Part shown: positions 57,110 through 62,716 of the stretch, one piece after another
Numbering within the stretch: the stretch's first letter is position 1
Layout: each line of letters opens with the position of its first letter
Source: a virus
Lineage: Duplodnaviria > Caudoviricetes
Length of the DNA stretch: 62,716 nucleotides
IMG/VR virus record: IMGVR_UViG_3300044613_003165
Coordinates: 1 to 62,716 of that record
Strand: one strand, 5' to 3'
Made by a program: the position numbers and the translations under genes
Notes under the pieces: generated by a model
Told to the model about the DNA's origin: nothing
Database searches by the model: none
Seen by the model: only the letters and a program-made list of their open reading frames with translations

Positions 57110-57417
57110 GTAAATTAAAATGGTTATTGTTAAGCGTAACACTGGTATTAGGCTTTAGTTTGATTTGGTTGACTTTACCAGGACACAAGGTAGGACAATG
57201 CTTAGAAGATCCTGAAACCGGAAGTGTTTTTAGAATTGAGGACGTAGGCACTAAGTTTGTTATTCTAGGTTTGGTTAGTTCGGATAATTTAGCAGTTATT
57301 TTAGGTATGATTCAACGCGGTGGGTTTATTTTAGCGGATAAGGATAACCCAGACCTCGACGCTATGAAAGTTCCATGTCCTGAAATGCCTGAAACACAAC
57401 AAGAAGGAAGCAAGTAA
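57106..57417 (+). CDS. Membrane-anchored small protein
   Basis: N-terminal TM; KVGQC...PC. Confidence 0.55.
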   Translation: MSKLKWLLLSVTLVLGFSLIWLTLPGHKVGQCLEDPETGSVFRIEDVGTKFVILGLVSSDNLAVILGMIQRGGFILADKDNPDLDAMKVPCPEMPETQQEGSK

Positions 57418-58308
57418 ATGAAACTATTATTACTTTTAACCTTAACAGTAGCACTGAGTGCGTGTAGCGGTAGCGATACTGTTATTGTAAACACTCACGG
57501 AGATCGAATTAGCGAACTAGAAAGGCGTGCTGATCTTAATGATAAACTTAACGAAGTTCAGAATATGCGTCTTGATGCCCTAGAAGGACGTATGGGCTCA
57601 GTAGAAGACCGAGCTACAGACCTAGAAGTCCGAGTTGATGAACTAGAAGGCGAAGTTGAAGCTTTGGAACTAGCTGACGCTGATCTACAACAACAAATTG
57701 ACGATTTGACTACTCAAATGCTAGACGGTGACGCTAGTTTGCAGTCACAAATTGATAGTTTAGTTTGGGAACAATCGGTTACACGAGGAAGGCTTAACAG
57801 TCTACAAGCCCAGTTATTTGTACAATCTTTTGTAGTTTCTGTTATGCAAAACCAAATTAGCATTATTAATTCTCGTTTTCCAGTTATTAACTCACGTTTA
57901 AATAGCCTACAAAGTCAAATTAACGACCATAGTTCGCGTTTAGATACGATTGAAAGTGAACTAAATGATGTGGTTAGCGATCTTTCGAGCCTAGATACAC
58001 GAGTTTTGGCGCTTGAGTCTGATTTTCTTGTGTTAGAAGGTCAGGTTTCTGCTTTACAGGCACGATTGGACCGAGAAGGGGTTACGGTGTTCAAGTGTAA
58101 CAGCGCTTCTTCAAAAGAAAAGATCTTTAAAATTAACGGTTTGTTCTATGCTGCAATGAACTATGTTACTAAGTCAGGAAACAATGTAACAAGCGTGCAA
58201 ATTGCCTTAGAGTCCCTTAATTCTAGTACGACTTATGTAACAACGGACGGTGGCCCCGCTTGTACCTTTAAAGGCGACGGAACTAATCTTATCCCTTTTA
58301 ATCTTTGA
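57418..58308 (+). CDS. Lipoprotein with long coiled coil
   Basis: Signal peptide with lipobox LSAC; about 200 aa of heptad repeats; Cys pair in C-terminal domain. Confidence 0.75.
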   Translation: MKLLLLLTLTVALSACSGSDTVIVNTHGDRISELERRADLNDKLNEVQNMRLDALEGRMGSVEDRATDLEVRVDELEGEVEALELADADLQQQIDDLTTQMLDGDASLQSQIDSLVWEQSVTRGRLNSLQAQLFVQSFVVSVMQNQISIINSRFPVINSRLNSLQSQINDHSSRLDTIESELNDVVSDLSSLDTRVLALESDFLVLEGQVSALQARLDREGVTVFKCNSASSKEKIFKINGLFYAAMNYVTKSGNNVTSVQIALESLNSSTTYVTTDGGPACTFKGDGTNLIPFNL

Positions 58309-58319
58309 AAGGAAATTAT

Positions 58320-58775
58320 ATGAATAAGAAAAGCGTATTAAAGACCTTTTCGATTATGTTAGTAGGCGGCGTTATTGGTTATATTCTGGCACCAAGAGAA
58401 GGTAAAGTAGTAACAGAAGTAGTAGAAAAGACTGTAGAAGTGCCTGTAGAAATTATCAAGGAAGTAATTAAGGAAGTTGTAGTAGAAAAGAAAGTATATG
58501 TTAAGCGGGCTTGTGCTAAAAAGTCTTGGCAAAGGGAAATGATTAGCGCAGAAAGGCGTAAGGATTCTCGTAAGAAAAACCGTTTAAGTGTTGGCTTAGG
58601 TTCGTCCTATGTAGGACTTGATGTTAAAGAAAGTGCCGCTCAAACTGTAGTGAAGGAAAAGCGAGAAGCTGATTACATGATTCAATACCAAAGATCCCTA
58701 ACAGATACGCTTAGTTTAGGTGTAGCAGTAACAGGCAGTGAGTCTATTTTCGGTGTAGTAGGATTAGATTTTTGA
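58320..58775 (+). CDS. Protein with N-terminal TM and C-terminal outer-membrane-type beta strands
   Basis: TM, VEK/IKEV repeats, alternating beta strands ending GLDF. Confidence 0.55.
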   Translation: MNKKSVLKTFSIMLVGGVIGYILAPREGKVVTEVVEKTVEVPVEIIKEVIKEVVVEKKVYVKRACAKKSWQREMISAERRKDSRKKNRLSVGLGSSYVGLDVKESAAQTVVKEKREADYMIQYQRSLTDTLSLGVAVTGSESIFGVVGLDF

Positions 58776-58776
58776 T

Positions 58777-58944
58777 ATGAAAAGAAAGCGTGCTTGGATC
58801 ATTCAAGGCGTTTGGGGAAGAAAACCTTTAGCCCTTCCCCTTCATTTAGTCAAAAGAAAACCTTTTAAACTAAACGATTGGTTGTTTGTTTCAGTTGTAG
58901 GAATAGCAATAGGTTACTTTTTTAGTGGTTTGTTCTTAAATTAA
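58777..58944 (+). CDS. 55-aa basic protein with C-terminal TM (not in ORF track)
   Basis: Fills gap in operon. Confidence 0.45.
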   Translation: MKRKRAWIIQGVWGRKPLALPLHLVKRKPFKLNDWLFVSVVGIAIGYFFSGLFLN

Positions 58945-58958
58945 CTAGATGGTGTTTT

Positions 58959-59246
58959 ATGGATATGTGGGATGGCGACGATCCAGGCGATTCTGATTCT
59001 TGGCTAAAGCAATTAAAAAATGAACACAATAATTTTTATAGTAGCTATAACCGTCCCGCTATAGAAGAAATTGAAGCAAATTGTTATATTTGTGGTAAAA
59101 AGAAGATCAAAATAGACTATTATCACGACACTTTAAACGAAGTCCATCACCTAACCTTTAGGTGTTGTCGAACAGAAACCAAGACTTTTAGCAAGAAAGA
59201 CTTAGACAAAATTATCCAAGGTAAAATTTGGCTGGCTTTTATTTAG
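58959..59246 (+). CDS. Zn-ribbon hypothetical protein
   Basis: CYICG...RCC. Confidence 0.5.
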   Translation: MDMWDGDDPGDSDSWLKQLKNEHNNFYSSYNRPAIEEIEANCYICGKKKIKIDYYHDTLNEVHHLTFRCCRTETKTFSKKDLDKIIQGKIWLAFI

Positions 59247-59258
59247 AAAGGAAAAGAA

Positions 59259-59786
59259 ATGGGTATTTTAACTTCAAGCGAAATCAGTAAACAAGTTGTG
59301 TTGGGCGGAATTGACATTAAACCCTTTACAAAAGAAAACGTACAGATCAATAGTTACGATGTTACTTTAAACAATACACTTATTACCTATTTAGGTACTG
59401 TTTTAGATATGAAAATGCCTAATCAAACTCAAGAACTAATTATTCCAGAAGAAGGACTTGTTTTAGAACCAGGCAAGCTTTATTTAGGGTCAACAAATGA
59501 AGCTATTGGTAGTTCTTTATATGTGCCTATGCTAGAAGGTCGATCTAGCTTGGGTCGATTAGGTATTAGTATTCACGCTACAGCCGGTGTGGGTGACTTG
59601 GGCTTTAAAAATAGGTGGACACTAGAGATTAGCGTAGTGCAACCTGTTAAAATCTATCCTAATGTTAGGGTTGGTCAGGTAATATTCTTTAAACCAGAAG
59701 GTGATACAAGAAACCAATATACAGGCAAATACGCTAATAGTGTTTCAGTAGAAGCAAGCAGGTCACATGAAGACTTTAATAGTTAA
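59259..59786 (+). CDS. dcd: dCTP deaminase
   Basis: NSYDVTL, EGRSSLGRLG, HATAGVGDLGF..RWTLEI, IYP.VRVGQ, Y.GKY. Confidence 0.93.
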   Translation: MGILTSSEISKQVVLGGIDIKPFTKENVQINSYDVTLNNTLITYLGTVLDMKMPNQTQELIIPEEGLVLEPGKLYLGSTNEAIGSSLYVPMLEGRSSLGRLGISIHATAGVGDLGFKNRWTLEISVVQPVKIYPNVRVGQVIFFKPEGDTRNQYTGKYANSVSVEASRSHEDFNS

Positions 59787-59853
59787 GTATGGTTTGATAG
59801 TTGCTATTAACTTATTGTTATTATTGCTATTAGATTCATTTTACCAAAGAGAA

Positions 59854-59882
59854 TTGACAAACGTCTACGAGTACAGTAAATT
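59854..59882 (+). promoter_or_regulatory. sigma70-like promoter
   Basis: TTGACA-N17-TAAATT. Confidence 0.65.
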
Positions 59883-59899
59883 CGTAATAGAGGTGTACT

Positions 59900-60124
59900 G
59901 TGGCGCAAAACGGTTCTAAAGAATTATACAGAATTTATACGGATGTTAATGGTAAAAGGCGTAAGTTAAAAAGCTTACGCCAAACTTACTATTTTGTAGA
60001 ATGGAGTAAAGAACATCCTGAATCTATTTGTACAATTTGGCAAGACGAATCCGGTCAAGAGTTAAGAATACCAGATAACGCATGGACTTTAATTAATTTT
60101 CAATATGTGGATATTTTGGAATAA
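59900..60124 (+). CDS. Hypothetical protein
   Basis: GTG start after SD GAGGT. Confidence 0.55.
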   Translation: MAQNGSKELYRIYTDVNGKRRKLKSLRQTYYFVEWSKEHPESICTIWQDESGQELRIPDNAWTLINFQYVDILE

Positions 60125-60127
60125 TTT

Positions 60128-60511
60128 ATGCAAGTTACAGTAAAACAAAACACAGTTCTTATTTCAAATGCTAATAAAGAAAAATTAAAAAGATATTTTA
60201 AAACTAGTAATAAAACTAGGAATTTTACGGAAAATAAATTTTACGTTTTTTCTCCACATCCTAGTAATTTTCTTTATTATGGAGGATTTCCTAGAGCGTT
60301 TAGTTATAAAGATTTTTACTATTTAGAAAACGGAGAATTGTTTAGGCTTTATAACCGTGGGTTTAGCCCCCTTAAACGAAAAAAAAGATTTGACTGGAAA
60401 GAACACCCTATGTGTACTAGTTGTGATTATATTCCTTATTTTATTGAACTAGATTCAGATCCTTTTAAGCATTTAGCAGTTGAACAAGAAATTAGCGAGT
60501 GGTTAAAATGA
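60128..60511 (+). CDS. EWLK-tail family protein
   Basis: Ends [11 protein letters not shown]. Confidence 0.6.
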   Translation: MQVTVKQNTVLISNANKEKLKRYFKTSNKTRNFTENKFYVFSPHPSNFLYYGGFPRAFSYKDFYYLENGELFRLYNRGFSPLKRKKRFDWKEHPMCTSCDYIPYFIELDSDPFKHLAVEQEISEWLK

Positions 60512-60735
60512 GTAATAAGTTTAAGGTAGGGGATCTTATAAAACATAAAGAGGCTTCTGCTTGTTATTTAATTTGTGGATCAAATAACAACTTTTATCGT
60601 TTAAAAGTAAAAAATGATAATTTGTATGGTAATTTGTCTTATGAATTAAAATCCCCAAAATCTTATATAAACGAAAATTATAAATTAGTCAAAGAATCCG
60701 AAACCGAAAAGGATATAGAAGAATGGCTCAAGTAA
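60508..60735 (+). CDS. EWLK-tail family protein
   Basis: KFKVGDLI; ends [11 protein letters not shown]; start 60508 (ATGA overlap) or GTG 60499. Confidence 0.65.
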   Translation: MSNKFKVGDLIKHKEASACYLICGSNNNFYRLKVKNDNLYGNLSYELKSPKSYINENYKLVKESETEKDIEEWLK

Positions 60736-61361
60736 AATTAGTACATACTACACCCGATGCTGAATCTTTAATAGCTATGATGGCTCGGGTTAGTAATCCT
60801 AAAAACAAAAATAATCCCGAATATTCTAAGCTTATCGGTTATTTAATCAAACAAAAGCATTGGTCGCCTTTTGAAATGGCTACTATGTGCTTAGAAATAG
60901 AAACTACTAGAGCAATTAGTCCTCAAATTTTAAGACATAAAAGTTTTTTCTTTCAAGAATATTCACAAAGATATCAGGTAGTTGATTTTATTGGTTTTAG
61001 TGCAGAAGAAGCTAGGCAACAAGATTTAAAGAACCGACAAAATAGCACAGATACCTTAGATGAGTCAACTAAACAATGGTTTATTGACAAACAGAACGAG
61101 GTTTGGAATACTTCTAAAGCTCTTTATGATGAAGCTATTTCTAAAGGGATAGCTAAGGAATGTGCTAGAGGTTTATTACCATTAAATACTAAAACTAACC
61201 TTTACATGCATGGTACTGTTAGAAGCTGGATTCATTACATTGAACTAAGATCTGCTAACGGTACTCAAAAGGAACACCAAGATATTGCTTTAATGGCTAA
61301 AGATATATTTGTAGAACAATTTCCTAAAATAGCGGAGGCATTAGAATGGAAAAAGCGTTAA
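60723..61361 (+). CDS. thyX: Flavin-dependent thymidylate synthase
   Basis: [20 protein letters not shown] (RHxxxxxxxS motif), [14 protein letters not shown]. Confidence 0.95.
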   Translation: MAQVKLVHTTPDAESLIAMMARVSNPKNKNNPEYSKLIGYLIKQKHWSPFEMATMCLEIETTRAISPQILRHKSFFFQEYSQRYQVVDFIGFSAEEARQQDLKNRQNSTDTLDESTKQWFIDKQNEVWNTSKALYDEAISKGIAKECARGLLPLNTKTNLYMHGTVRSWIHYIELRSANGTQKEHQDIALMAKDIFVEQFPKIAEALEWKKR

Positions 61362-62350
61362 GTTTTGACGACGTATTAATCGAACCAGGCTTTTCTGATA
61401 TTGACAGCAGAAAGGATGTAGATTTATCAGTAGACCTAAATGGACTATCTCTAAAGTTACCCGTTATCAGTTCACCAATGGATACCGTTACTACGTTTAA
61501 AATGGCACAAACTTTGAATAAACATGGCGGTATTGCCAGTCTTCACCGTTTTCAAACTATCGAAGAACAAGTACAAGAGTTTAAAGAATCTGATTGTTCA
61601 CCTATTGTTTCAGTGGGTTTAAATGATTGGGAGCGTATAGATGCGTTATCTAATGTTGGCGGGACTTATTTTCTCCTTGATGTCGCTCATGGCGCACAAG
61701 AATCTGTTGTTCGATTTGTATATGATTTTAGAAAAAAGTATAACAAAGATAACTACTGGTTAATGGTAGGTAATTTTTCTTCATCCAGGCAAGTATTAAC
61801 CTTTATTGATAGGGTAGCAGATAGACACTACGTCAATGCTTGGCGATTAGGAATTGGAGGAGGCAGCGCTTGTTCTACTCGAATTAAAACTGGATGCGGC
61901 GTACCTACTATGCAGACCTTGCTTAGTTTAAGGAATTGTGGATTGGCTACCGTAGCTGACGGCGGTATTAAAACTTCAGGTGACGCTGCTAAAGCCTTAA
62001 CCGCTTCTAACGCTATTATGGTAGGTAGGATGTTAGCTGGTACAGAAGAAACCCCTACGTTTTTATCAAACGATAATAGAAAGGTAAAGCTCTACAGAGG
62101 TTCTGCTAGTGCCGAGAGTTATGCTATTCAAAATAAGGTACAGAGCTACATTACCCCCGAAGGCGAAACCTACGAGATCCCTTTTAATGGTACAGCAAGT
62201 AAAGTATTGCGGGACTTAGAAGGCGGCATTAGATCGGCCATGACCTATGTGGGTGCTAGAAACCTTTATGATTTTAGAAAGAAAGCTCATTTAGTTGAAG
62301 TGACCTTATCGGGGCATATTGAATCAGGTGCTCATGGGAAAAAATTATGA
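61346..62350 (+). CDS. IMP dehydrogenase / GMP reductase family, no CBS domains (GMP reductase-like)
   Basis: [45 protein letters not shown]. Confidence 0.88.
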   Translation: MEKALSFDDVLIEPGFSDIDSRKDVDLSVDLNGLSLKLPVISSPMDTVTTFKMAQTLNKHGGIASLHRFQTIEEQVQEFKESDCSPIVSVGLNDWERIDALSNVGGTYFLLDVAHGAQESVVRFVYDFRKKYNKDNYWLMVGNFSSSRQVLTFIDRVADRHYVNAWRLGIGGGSACSTRIKTGCGVPTMQTLLSLRNCGLATVADGGIKTSGDAAKALTASNAIMVGRMLAGTEETPTFLSNDNRKVKLYRGSASAESYAIQNKVQSYITPEGETYEIPFNGTASKVLRDLEGGIRSAMTYVGARNLYDFRKKAHLVEVTLSGHIESGAHGKKL

Positions 62351-62571
62351 TTTTGTTATTTACATTTTTAATATTAGGTACTTCTTTTAAATTGGGCTAT
62401 GAACAGGGCGCTGAAAGTGGTAGAGAAGAAGGAATGAGTTGGGCTTGTAATCAACTAATGCTTCCTGATGAGGGTTTAGATGGCTATTTGTCCGAATTAA
62501 ATATAGAAACTAAATGCAAAGATTATTTAAAGGAGCATGAAAAATGGATAAATGGCGCAACGTATCGTTAA
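62347..62571 (+). CDS. Small membrane/secreted protein
   Basis: Hydrophobic N-terminus, GYEQG...G. Confidence 0.5.
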   Translation: MILLFTFLILGTSFKLGYEQGAESGREEGMSWACNQLMLPDEGLDGYLSELNIETKCKDYLKEHEKWINGATYR

Positions 62572-62716
62572 TTAGTTTTTTAGTTATACTATCTTTAGGT
62601 GTAGGGTTTAGCTTGGGTATTTCCGGTAAAAGACAAGCTTTACAAGATGTTAAAGATTTACAAAACGAATTAGAATACACTAAAGACGTGTGTAAAAAAT
62701 TGTTAAGGTTTGGTAG
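62544..62716 (+). CDS. Membrane protein, 3' truncated
   Basis: SD AGGAG; open to window end; TM then coiled coil. Confidence 0.45.
   Translation, partial: MDKWRNVSLISFLVILSLGVGFSLGISGKRQALQDVKDLQNELEYTKDVCKKLLRFG

Noticed and set aside
45700-60735. EWLK motif as a pure DNA recombination site (attC/att-like)
   Set aside because: Synonymous codon variation, no palindrome and no recombinase seen; selection appears to act on the peptide, though the joint may still aid homologous swaps.
1-62716. Stop-codon reassignment, tRNA genes, integrase
   Set aside because: Conserved genes are intact under the standard code with all three stops used; no cloverleaf or recombinase motifs were recognised by eye (tRNAscan not run).

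Overview
This window is a ~63 kb piece of an AT-rich tailed dsDNA phage genome with a short-tailed, podovirus-like gene set. No integrase, CRISPR array, tRNA or rRNA was seen. The left end (1-7.6 kb) holds accessory and nucleic-acid genes: a metallophosphoesterase, DUF3310, a RuvC-like resolvase, a trypsin-like protease, an AP2 protein and small basic proteins. The region 7.4-42 kb is a mostly minus-strand morphogenesis block: terminase, portal, scaffold, major capsid protein, adaptor, nozzle, ejection proteins and fibres, plus an M15 endolysin on the plus strand. It is punctuated by 13 copies of a candidate late promoter, TAACAAATA. The major capsid gene is split into three exons by two group I introns carrying LAGLIDADG and GIY-YIG homing endonucleases; both splice junctions can be reconstructed from the sequence. 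The region 42-62.7 kb holds early/middle genes: two AAA+ systems, dut, dcd, thyX, an IMPDH/GMPR-family gene, DUF932 and many small ORFs. The main candidate novelties are: (i) 13 otherwise dissimilar small proteins ending in one C-terminal helix, [ED]-[IV]-x-[EQN]-W-L-K-stop (or E-L-F-K-stop), which often also supplies the start of the next gene; (ii) a dense, bidirectional cluster of sigma54 -24/-12 sites with IHF-like sites, G4-type repeats and pentamer repeats in a probable terminus/control region (47.7-50.5 kb); (iii) a ~390-nt structured ncRNA candidate beside the packaging genes. All functional calls come from motif recognition by eye, with no database searches.
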